Part shown: in pieces, positions 17,895 through 25,492 of the stretch | Layout: every line of letters starts with the position of its first letter | Numbering within the stretch: position 1 is the first letter of the stretch | Assembly (NCBI RefSeq): GCF_000354175.2 | Contig: NC_022359.1 | Span: forward strand, 750,001-782,000 | Length of the DNA stretch: 32,000 nt | Direction of reading: 5' to 3' | Source of the DNA: Vibrio alginolyticus NBRC 15630 = ATCC 17749 | GTDB taxonomy: Bacteria > Pseudomonadota > Gammaproteobacteria > Enterobacterales > Vibrionaceae | The notes under the pieces: model-generated | What the model was told of the DNA's origin: nothing | Seen by the model: only the letters and a program-made list of their open reading frames with translations | The model's database searches: none | Made by a program: the position numbers and the translations under genes

Positions 17895-18917
17895 TTATCT
17901 GATGGACTTAAACGTTTGTAACTGAGTTTTTTCTTGTCGCCATTGCCTCGGCGATTTCCCCGTCCAACGGCGAAAGTGGCGGCTGAAGACCGCAGTTTCT
18001 GCATAGCCCAGTTGCAACGCGATATCGGTAATACTCTGAATATTCTCATGCAATCGCTGTTCGGCGAAATCCTGACGCACTTGTTGTAAAAGCTGCCGAT
18101 AATTTGTGCCCTGTTGTTTCAGCTTGTTTTGCAGCATTCTCGGATGCAGGTCCAATGCTCTTGCAACGCGCTCAACGCTGCATTCTCCGGTTGAGAGCAG
18201 ACGGCCAATCATATTTGCCGCTTGGTCACTGAGATTATTAGGGTAACGGGTCTGCAGCTCTTTGAGGTGTTGCTGAAAATGGCGCTCTAGTGCGTCTTCA
18301 TCTTGGTGGTTCTTAGCGTTAAGTAGACTCGCTTTAAGTAGGATACCGTCAAACTTATCACCGAAACGCAGTTTGTTCTGCTGGGCAAATGCGCTCTGTT
18401 CTGCCTCGAAGCTGGCGTGTTGGTTGAGGTGTAAAGAGAAGTGGCTCGCTTCAATATCAAGTAAGCTCGTAACAAACATGGCTAAGTGCGACACACTCAA
18501 CTGCATCAACTGCGCGATACCGCGTTCGCTGTGCACATCAATATTGAGCGACAACCGTACCCAATCATCTTGTGGAGTCATGTTGAGAGTGACTCCTGAC
18601 GAATGCAGATAGAGAAAATCATTCACCCGCACCAAGGCTTCACCGACCGTTTCTGCGCGGGAAACCAACATCGGCAAATCACCTAAACTTTGCAGGTTTT
18701 GGCGCTCGGCGAGCAACGCACCAAACAGCGGTTGCTTACAACGAGCAGCCGCTTCCTCCAGCAATTCCGCCAACCTTGGATAAGCGAGATACGTATCGGG
18801 ATTGCGAAACTGCGCCGCAGACAGCCCGGCGGCAGCCATAATCTCAACCGGATTCTGCCCCAGTTCGGAAACCAAGCTATCAAATTTATCGGCAGCGCCA
18901 CTTCGTACGATATACAT
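17895..18917 (-). CDS. AraC family transcriptional regulator (N-terminal ligand/arabinose-binding-like domain, C-terminal dual HTH)
   Basis: C-terminal AraC signature (ERVARALDLHPRMLQNKLKQQGTNYRQLL...ITDIALQLGYAETAVFSRHFRRWTGKSPRQWR). 340 aa. Divergent from the SDR-cupin-MDR operon. Confidence 0.88.
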   Translation of the reverse strand: MYIVRSGAADKFDSLVSELGQNPVEIMAAAGLSAAQFRNPDTYLAYPRLAELLEEAAARCKQPLFGALLAERQNLQSLGDLPMLVSRAETVGEALVRVNDFLYLHSSGVTLNMTPQDDWVRLSLNIDVHSERGIAQLMQLSVSHLAMFVTSLLDIEASHFSLHLNQHASFEAEQSAFAQQNKLRFGDKFDGILLKASLLNAKNHQDEDALERHFQQHLKELQTRYPNNLSDQAANMIGRLLSTGECSVERVARALDLHPRMLQNKLKQQGTNYRQLLQQVRQDFAEQRLHENIQSITDIALQLGYAETAVFSRHFRRWTGKSPRQWRQEKTQLQTFKSIR

Positions 18918-19048
18918 GTCTCGATTTTTAAATGTTAACAGGTTGTAAATCGCAATGTATCAAATTTACTTCGTAAAAGGTCAAGTGAGTGCCAGTGAGT
19001 TGATCTAAGTTACATTTCGATAACAACAACGCATGGATGAGAAGCTGT

Positions 19049-19810
19049 ATGGAACTTATCAATAAAACTGCCATCGTGACTGGCGCTGCGGGTGGAATTG
19101 GGCAAGCTATTATTGCAAAGCTAAGAGAGCAAGGAGCCAAAGTGCTTGCTGTCGATATTTCAGAGCAATCACTGCAAATGTACACAAGTTTTGACTCAAA
19201 GCAGTTGGGAACCTTTGTCGCGGACGTCACCGATTACCAACAAGTTGAAGCTATGGTGAAGTGCGCGGTCGAACAGTTTGGCTCGCTTGACATCATGGTC
19301 AACAACGCGGGCATCGGTGCACCGAAACCTCTGCTTGACCACGACCCAATTGCCGATTTTGAGCCGATCTCTAAGGTCAACCAAAATGGCGTTTACTACG
19401 GCATTCTTGCCTCTGGAAGACAATTCCAAGCGCAAGGCACGCCGGGCGTGATCCTCAATACTTCTTCTGTTTACGCACGAATGGCGTCTGAGATGACCTT
19501 TACCTACAGCGTCAGTAAAGCCGCAGTCGATATGATGACCAAATGCGCCGCATTAGAACTCGCACCATTGGGTATTCGTGTTTGCGCTGTCGCTCCGGGA
19601 CGCGTTGATACTCCGATGTTAAGGCAATACGAAGAGATTGGCCTGTGGGACCACATCCGCAAAGAACAGATGCGTCAAAACTTCACACAACCAGAAGAGA
19701 TTGCTGATGTGGTGGCGTTTCTGGTCAGCGAGAAAGCCAACTGTATCAACGGTTGTACCATCAGCGCATCTGACGGTTTCGAGAATTTTAAGTACCCACT
19801 TATGGGATAG
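19049..19810 (+). CDS. Short-chain dehydrogenase/reductase (classical SDR)
   Basis: TGAAGGIG cofactor motif, NNAG, and catalytic YSVSK (YxxxK). Start ATG 19049 is preceded by GAGAAG; the track start at 19037 is less likely. Confidence 0.9.
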   Translation: MELINKTAIVTGAAGGIGQAIIAKLREQGAKVLAVDISEQSLQMYTSFDSKQLGTFVADVTDYQQVEAMVKCAVEQFGSLDIMVNNAGIGAPKPLLDHDPIADFEPISKVNQNGVYYGILASGRQFQAQGTPGVILNTSSVYARMASEMTFTYSVSKAAVDMMTKCAALELAPLGIRVCAVAPGRVDTPMLRQYEEIGLWDHIRKEQMRQNFTQPEEIADVVAFLVSEKANCINGCTISASDGFENFKYPLMG

Positions 19811-19850
19811 GCGAGTACGCCACATTACAGCAATAGCGAGGATGTAAGTT

Positions 19851-20363
19851 ATGTCATTACCAGAAGTTATTCAGCACCAAGATTTCTTATTAACTCTTAA
19901 TACCAATGAGGAGTCGTTCATCAAAGACTCGTTACCGGGTGTGGATGTTTACCCGTTGTTTCTTGACCCAGAAAACGGTACTTGGGTGATTCGTGCCAAA
20001 TTCAAACCGGGTATCACTCTGCCTAAGCACTTCCACACTGGCGTGGTGCATTTCTATACGCTGAGTGGCGCTTGGCACTACATTGAGTACCCAGATCAAG
20101 TCCAAACTTCTGGTAGCTACTTATATGAGCCGGGCGGTTCGATTCATACCTTTCACTGTCCAGAAGAGTCGGGTGGTGCAGATGGCTTTATGGTGATCCA
20201 AGGTGCGAACATTAACTTTGACGACGAGGGTAACTTCATCAACATCATGGATGCAGGTTGGATTGAGCAAGTTGTGGTTGCCGCTGCCAAAGCGCAAGGC
20301 TTCACTGCGCGCTATATCAAACCGGGTGCGATTGCTGGCCTAAGCGATGAGCTAGCGGAGTAA
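19851..20363 (+). CDS. Cupin-fold protein, 2,4'-dihydroxyacetophenone dioxygenase (DAD)-like family
   Basis: 170 aa with cupin metal motifs: PKHFHTGVVHFYTLSG (HxH) and GGSIHTFH. The size and pattern fit the DAD-like cupin family as I recall it. SD GAGGA precedes the ATG. Confidence 0.7.
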   Translation: MSLPEVIQHQDFLLTLNTNEESFIKDSLPGVDVYPLFLDPENGTWVIRAKFKPGITLPKHFHTGVVHFYTLSGAWHYIEYPDQVQTSGSYLYEPGGSIHTFHCPEESGGADGFMVIQGANINFDDEGNFINIMDAGWIEQVVVAAAKAQGFTARYIKPGAIAGLSDELAE

Positions 20364-20367
20364 CCCC

Positions 20368-21426
20368 ATGCAACAGATGAACAGTATCATAATGCAGGAT
20401 GGTAGTGTCCGCCTGCAGCAAGTCGAAATCCCCAAACCTGCAGCGGGACAAGTGTTGGTTCGCAGCCTTGCCTGTGGCATTTGTGGCTCCGACCTTCACA
20501 TTACTCGACACGCGGATGAGGTATTTGATGTATTCCACCAGCTCGGGTTGATGCCTGATGAAGCCGGTGAGCACGCTCAAGTGATGTTGGGGCATGAGTT
20601 CTGTGCGGAAATTATCGAATACGGTGCCGATACGCAGCAAACGTTGTCCGTTGGTAGCCGAGTCACCTCAGTGCCGATGTTGCTCAGCCAAAATGGCGCG
20701 GGCGTTGGTGTTACTCCGGGTACTTATGGCGCTTACTCTGAGTACTTCCTGCTTGATGAAGCGTTATTGCTACCTGTCCCAGACGGAATGCCATCTGAGG
20801 CGGCGGCACTGACTGAACCACTGGCGGTCGGTTTGCACGCGGTCAATCGCAGTGAAATCGAGACGGAAGAAACCGCGCTGGTTGTCGGTTGCGGTCCTAT
20901 AGGGCTGGCTGTGATTGCTGCACTGAAACAACGTGGCGTGAGCAATATTCTTGCGGTCGATCTTCAGGAAGAGAAACTGCAACTTGCTAGTGAGTTTGGC
21001 GCAAGTCGATTGATCAACCCGACCAAGGAAGACGAGATCGCCGTCGGGGCACAGTACGCGATGAACTCACGTCTGGTCATTTATGAGTGTGTGGGCAAGC
21101 ATACCTTGATTGACGATTTTCTGCGCCGCGCTCCTGCCCGAGCGCGAATCGTCATCTCGGGTATCCATACTACACCCGCAATCATCAACTACGCGTACGC
21201 GACGGTAAAAGAGCTCGATTTGAGATTCTCTTACTACTACCAACCGCACGAGTTTGAGCAATGCCTACAAGCGATTGCCGAACATAAGTTGCCTTGGCAG
21301 AAAATGCTCACCGCCAAAGTGGGAATCGATGGTGTCGAAGACGCATTTACAAAGTTAATGACGCCAAATGACCACATCAAAGTGGTTATCGAACCTTGGC
21401 GCAGCGGCGCGTTAGAAGTGATTTAA
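20368..21426 (+). CDS. Zinc-dependent medium-chain alcohol dehydrogenase family oxidoreductase
   Basis: GICGSDLH and GHEFCAE zinc-site motifs and a VVGCGPIGL Rossmann motif. The start is 4 nt after the cupin stop, which indicates an operon. Confidence 0.9.
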   Translation: MQQMNSIIMQDGSVRLQQVEIPKPAAGQVLVRSLACGICGSDLHITRHADEVFDVFHQLGLMPDEAGEHAQVMLGHEFCAEIIEYGADTQQTLSVGSRVTSVPMLLSQNGAGVGVTPGTYGAYSEYFLLDEALLLPVPDGMPSEAAALTEPLAVGLHAVNRSEIETEETALVVGCGPIGLAVIAALKQRGVSNILAVDLQEEKLQLASEFGASRLINPTKEDEIAVGAQYAMNSRLVIYECVGKHTLIDDFLRRAPARARIVISGIHTTPAIINYAYATVKELDLRFSYYYQPHEFEQCLQAIAEHKLPWQKMLTAKVGIDGVEDAFTKLMTPNDHIKVVIEPWRSGALEVI

Positions 21427-21472
21427 CTCTTAGCCAGATTAAGCTAGCTAAAACCAATTTTAGTTTGGTGAC

Positions 21473-21508
21473 AGCCCCAACCGTAGCAGCTAGGTTGGGG
21501 CTTTTTTT
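21473..21508 (+). terminator. Rho-independent terminator of the SDR-cupin-MDR operon
   Basis: 10-bp stem AGCCCCAACC (21473-21482) / GGTTGGGGCT (21493-21502) followed by a T7 run. It abuts the stop codon of the convergent nemA. Confidence 0.85.
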
Positions 21509-21509
21509 G

Positions 21510-22634
21510 TTAGGCCTGTTCTGCGCATTCCTGTTGCAGAGCAGGGTAATCGGTGTAGCCTCGTTCGTTTCCGCCAAACAACGTTGAGCCATCGAGTTCT
21601 GCCAACGGATGGTGATGTTGCAAGCGAGAGACTAAGTCTGGGTTTGCTACGAATGGCCGTCCGAATGCGACAAGATCCGCGTAGCCTTTCTCTAATACTT
21701 CGTTTGCTCGTTGAGGATCGTAGCGACCTGCGACAATGATAGCGTTGCGAAAGCGCTTTCTAAGTTCGACTCGAAACGTCTCTGGAATGGTTGGTGCATC
21801 GGCCCAATCGGCCTCGGACAAGTGCAAGTAGGCAATGTCGCGCTCCTGTAGTTGCTTTGATGCTTCCAAGATTGTTGGCACGATATCTGGGCAGTCCATA
21901 TCTTTAAACGTAATGAATGGTGCCAGTCTCACTCCAACTCGATGCGCTCCAACAGAGGCGATAACTGCCTCCACTACTTCGATAAGAAAACGGATACGAT
22001 TTTCTCGTGGACCGCCGTAGTTGTCTGTTCGATGGTTTGAGTTGGTTCTTAAGAACTGATCGATCAGATACCCATTCCCGCCGTGGATTTCTACACCATC
22101 AAAACCCGATTCAATGGCGCGTTTGGCTGCGTTCGCGAAATCACCGACAACTCGGTTGATATCCGCTTGTGTCATGGCGCGTGGCTCAACACAATCGACC
22201 ATATTGCCGTTGCCTTGTTCATCTGCAATCCAAACTTGCGTCTCTACCGGAGCGAGCGCAGATGGTGCGATAGGCTGTTCACCATTTTGGAATGTTGGGT
22301 GAGAGACTCTGCCCACATGCCATAGCTGACAAAACATCGCTGCGCCTTGTGATTTGACCGCTTTGGTCACACCTTGCCAGCCCGCCACTTGCGCATCGGT
22401 GTAAACGCCAGGGGTGAACGAATAGCCTTGAGAATCGTCCGAAATTTGTGTGGCTTCGGAAATGATCAGCCCGGCAGAAGCGCGCTGTTGATAATACGTT
22501 GCCATCATCTCATTCGGGATGTTGTCCGGCTGAGTGGTGCGTGCGCGAGTCATTGGTGCCATGACAATACGGTTTTGTAGTGACAACGCTTTCAGTTGAG
22601 CTGGTTCAAACAGCTTATTTGTTCTTTGTTTCAT
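21510..22634 (-). CDS. nemA: Old Yellow Enzyme family alkene reductase / N-ethylmaleimide reductase
   Basis: Typical OYE N-terminus (LFEPAQLKALSLQNRIVMAPMTRART), HGGNGYLIDQFL, and C-terminal FGRPFVANPDL. Start ATG 22634 has GAGGAG 6 nt upstream. The 46-codon upstream extension in the track overlaps the preceding gene and is rejected. Confidence 0.93.
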   Translation of the reverse strand: MKQRTNKLFEPAQLKALSLQNRIVMAPMTRARTTQPDNIPNEMMATYYQQRASAGLIISEATQISDDSQGYSFTPGVYTDAQVAGWQGVTKAVKSQGAAMFCQLWHVGRVSHPTFQNGEQPIAPSALAPVETQVWIADEQGNGNMVDCVEPRAMTQADINRVVGDFANAAKRAIESGFDGVEIHGGNGYLIDQFLRTNSNHRTDNYGGPRENRIRFLIEVVEAVIASVGAHRVGVRLAPFITFKDMDCPDIVPTILEASKQLQERDIAYLHLSEADWADAPTIPETFRVELRKRFRNAIIVAGRYDPQRANEVLEKGYADLVAFGRPFVANPDLVSRLQHHHPLAELDGSTLFGGNERGYTDYPALQQECAEQA

Positions 22635-22644
22635 GTTGCGCTCC

Positions 22645-23274
22645 TCAGATAAGCACTGGCACGTTGGTCGCTTTACGAGCGCTTGCCATCCAGTGAAGTA
22701 CGGCTGGATCCCATTGCACTTCGGAAGCACTGAAGAAACCGCGCAAAATGGAGAACATAATGGCTTGATCAACCAGTGATGTTTGCTTTTCTGAACTTAG
22801 GTTGAGCAAGGGTTTGGTTTGTTCTATCAAAGCGGCGACTTCTTTCGCAATCGTTGGTGTATCGTTAATCAAGGCTTCAAAATTTAACGCTTCGGTTTCT
22901 TTTTTTGCACGCCATGCTTGTTTAGCGCTTTCTGTTGCAAATTCCGGTAACGTCATGTTTGACCAACGCGGATACCCGACTTTTTGTAGCGGTAAAAACG
23001 CTTGTTTTTGCCAGTCTAAAACCGGTGCTGAGGGTTGGCTGCTTTCATTGGAAGATGCCAATTCAAGGAAGTAGTTGATGATGTCTAAGCTTTCCGCCAT
23101 CGCTTCACCATCGTCTTTGATCAAAAGAGGAACTTGTTTTGCGCCGATGATGTTTGTGGTGGTGCTCTCGTCGTCATAAGCAATGTTGATGACGTCGAGC
23201 TGAATATTCAGCATGCCTGCGACAAAACGGACGCGGGCGCTAAAGGGGCAATGTTCATAAATGTACAGTTTCAT
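22645..23274 (-). CDS. Glutaredoxin 2 (GrxB)-like GST-fold protein with a monothiol CPFS active site
   Basis: Aligns with E. coli Grx2 from memory (MKLYIYEHCPFS vs MKLYIYDHCPYC; GAKQVPLLIKDDGEAMAESLDIINY vs GQKQVPILQKDDSRYMPESMDIVHY). 209 aa. Its stop is 10 nt before the nemA start. Confidence 0.8.
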   Translation of the reverse strand: MKLYIYEHCPFSARVRFVAGMLNIQLDVINIAYDDESTTTNIIGAKQVPLLIKDDGEAMAESLDIINYFLELASSNESSQPSAPVLDWQKQAFLPLQKVGYPRWSNMTLPEFATESAKQAWRAKKETEALNFEALINDTPTIAKEVAALIEQTKPLLNLSSEKQTSLVDQAIMFSILRGFFSASEVQWDPAVLHWMASARKATNVPVLI

Positions 23275-23429
23275 TTTTTGTTTCCTATCTCTGGCTGGGC
23301 AGGGCGTGTTGTTGTGCGTTGAACAGCGTTACGGCGTTTAACTTTGCCCTGTCACATAACGTTCTGTGTCTAAACAATGTCGATAGGGTCAGTATATGGA
23401 TTCGATTTAATTTGATAATTGGGTTATAT

Positions 23430-23446
23430 CTGAATTGATTATTCAG
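23430..23446. promoter_or_regulatory. Candidate LysR operator (CTGAAT-N5-ATTCAG, T-N11-A)
   Basis: Perfect 6-bp inverted repeat 27 nt upstream of the LysR GTG start at 23473. It lies in the 198-bp divergent region shared with the grx2-like/nemA operon. Confidence 0.35.
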
Positions 23447-23472
23447 TTTTTCCAAATAATAAGGGCGCGAAG

Positions 23473-24408
23473 GTGGATAAGTTTTCGGATATGACGTTGT
23501 TTGTCAGCATCGTTAAACATCAAGGTCTGGCAGCAGCGGGAAGGGAGTTAGGTTTGTCTCCGGCGACGGTAACGGCAAGGCTGCAAGCGATAGAAGAACG
23601 CTATGGCGTAAAGCTTCTCAACCGAAGCACACGCCATGTATCACTCACGGACGCAGGGGCAATGTACCATCAAGCTTGTCTGAACATCATTGATAGCGTG
23701 AAAGAGACGGAAAACTTGCTGCAAACGGGTATTTCGGAAGTGCGCGGAACGTTGAAAATTTCAGCTCCACGAGATATTGGCAAACAAATTATTTCGCCGA
23801 TGGTGTCGGCTTTTTCTGAGCAATATCCGGATGTGACGCCTTATCTTTATCTTAATGACAATTTATCGAACTTGGCTGAATCGGGGCTCGATTTGGTGAT
23901 TCGTTACGGCGAGTTAGCGGACAGCAATCTCATCTCGCGCAAGCTGGCGTCGAGTCAACGCGTGCTGTGCGCGTCACCTGATTACTTGGCGAAGCAAGGT
24001 GTCCCAAACTGCCCACAAGATCTCGCGGATCATCGCTGCTTAGCCATGGTGCGCAGCAATGAAGAATTAAAAACGTGGCACTTTAAAGATGAAGAGTCTC
24101 ACCAAACGATCACGGTCACGCCAAAGCGCTTTTCTGATGATGGTGAAGTGATTCGACAATGGGCGTTGGACGGTGCGGGGATTGCGTTGAAATCGATTTT
24201 AGATATTCAGCAAGACCTAAAACAACAACGTTTAGTTACGGTTTTGGATAGGTATATGAAAAACTTCAGCGCCTTTTCGCAAGGCGCTGAAGCGGATCTG
24301 CATGTCATTTATCAAAGCCGCCAATATCAACCGAAAAGAGTTCGCCTTTTTTTGGACTTTCTAGTTGAGCAATTTAGCGCGCTGAGTGATACCAGCAATC
24401 AGATCTAG
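23473..24408 (+). CDS. LysR family transcriptional regulator
   Basis: LysR HTH (MDKFSDMTLFVSIVKHQGLAAAGRELGLSPATVTARLQAIE) plus a substrate-binding domain. The start is an apparent GTG at 23473, which aligns with the usual LysR N-terminus; an alternative ATG is at 23491. Confidence 0.88.
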   Translation: MDKFSDMTLFVSIVKHQGLAAAGRELGLSPATVTARLQAIEERYGVKLLNRSTRHVSLTDAGAMYHQACLNIIDSVKETENLLQTGISEVRGTLKISAPRDIGKQIISPMVSAFSEQYPDVTPYLYLNDNLSNLAESGLDLVIRYGELADSNLISRKLASSQRVLCASPDYLAKQGVPNCPQDLADHRCLAMVRSNEELKTWHFKDEESHQTITVTPKRFSDDGEVIRQWALDGAGIALKSILDIQQDLKQQRLVTVLDRYMKNFSAFSQGAEADLHVIYQSRQYQPKRVRLFLDFLVEQFSALSDTSNQI

Positions 24409-25272
24409 ATGCGATTCAGAGGTTTCTCGGCGGTGGCGATAAATCCCGACGGTACCAGGGTTTGGTTCGTTTTCCATGGTTAAGCATCGTAAGCCAAAGG
24501 ATTCCAAATACGGTTGCAGATGGCGGGTATAAGACATCACCGCGACGCTTTCTTTCAGTACATCAATACTGGCGAGCAGAGAATCCACTTCGTAAGTCGG
24601 TCGGTCATCCAGTTGCTGCCTTTCGCGTTCATTTTGTTTCGGGATTGGGTTATCGATGACGTGAGCGAATTTCTTAGCGTCATAAGTGACCGAAAGAGCG
24701 GGGTATTCGTGCAGCATCTCTTCGGTGACGGTTTTCCCTAGCAGTGGATGGTTTGGGGAAACAAAATAGGCATCAACCGTTTGAAATAGCGGAATAAACG
24801 TAACATCGCATTTAGACGACAAGCCGACAATCTCGTGGCCGATGAAGAATTCAATCTGTTCGTTGATTAATGAATCCATCAAGCCTAAGTGGTTGCCAAA
24901 TTCGACGTGCGTAGATGCCGATGGCTGCTTGGTCAGATGGTCATTGAGTGCTTGTTTGACGAACAGCGGCCACCACGCATCGCCAGTACCCATTTTAATT
25001 TTTCCGACTTGGTACTGTTTCCGCTCATCAATGCTTTGCATCATTTGGTTGTATTCATGCTGCATCGCGTTGCTATGGCGATAGAGGATGCGCCCGTATT
25101 CGGTCAACACCATGCCATTAGGGTGACGTTCAAACAGCGTTACGCCGAGATTCTCTTCCAGCTTCTTTAAATTGCTTGTTACCGTTGGCTGGCTTAACCC
25201 TGCCATTCTTGCCGCAGCGCTGATGCTTTGGCAGCGTGCAACCAGTAAAAATTGCTGCAGAGATTTGTCCAT
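24361..25272 (-). CDS. LysR family transcriptional regulator
   Basis: LysR HTH (LQQFLLVARCQSISAAARMAGLSQPTVTSNLKKLE) plus a substrate-binding domain. SD GAGGGG lies 7 nt before the ATG. Its 3' end overlaps the convergent LysR gene by 48 nt. Confidence 0.88.
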   Translation of the reverse strand: MDKSLQQFLLVARCQSISAAARMAGLSQPTVTSNLKKLEENLGVTLFERHPNGMVLTEYGRILYRHSNAMQHEYNQMMQSIDERKQYQVGKIKMGTGDAWWPLFVKQALNDHLTKQPSASTHVEFGNHLGLMDSLINEQIEFFIGHEIVGLSSKCDVTFIPLFQTVDAYFVSPNHPLLGKTVTEEMLHEYPALSVTYDAKKFAHVIDNPIPKQNERERQQLDDRPTYEVDSLLASIDVLKESVAVMSYTRHLQPYLESFGLRCLTMENEPNPGTVGIYRHRRETSESHLDLIAGITQRAKLLN

Positions 25273-25396
25273 TTTCTTTCCCCTCTAAGAACGAGGGGTA
25301 TTTTGCACAATTTCATTTATAAATCACAAATCTGTAATCTCATTTGATTGAAATTATGCGCATTTCATAGATCTACATCACTGTTGGGGTCTGACG

Positions 25397-25413
25397 TATA
25401 GATGTTATCTATA
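25397..25413. promoter_or_regulatory. Candidate LysR operator upstream of the large lipoprotein gene
   Basis: Perfect dyad TATAGAT-GTT-ATCTATA containing T-N11-A. It lies about 80 nt upstream of the lipoprotein start and about 125 nt upstream of the divergent LysR start. Confidence 0.35.
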
Positions 25414-25492
25414 GCTCGCTCCTGACTTCCTATTTTCCCCTCAAAAAGGTGTTCTTTAGACTGTCGCCAAAACAACAATCTAAGGGATGAAC

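Noticed and set aside
10024-21508. The ectoine locus plus the AraC operon as a horizontally acquired genomic island.
   Set aside because: I saw no integrase, transposase, tRNA, flanking direct repeats or obvious compositional shift by eye. Island status would need comparative genomics.
22635-22772. A 46-codon N-terminal extension of the nemA ORF (track ORF 21510..22772).
   Set aside because: It overlaps the 3' end of the Grx2-like gene. The OYE alignment begins at MKQRTNKLFEP, and a GAGGAG SD precedes ATG 22634.
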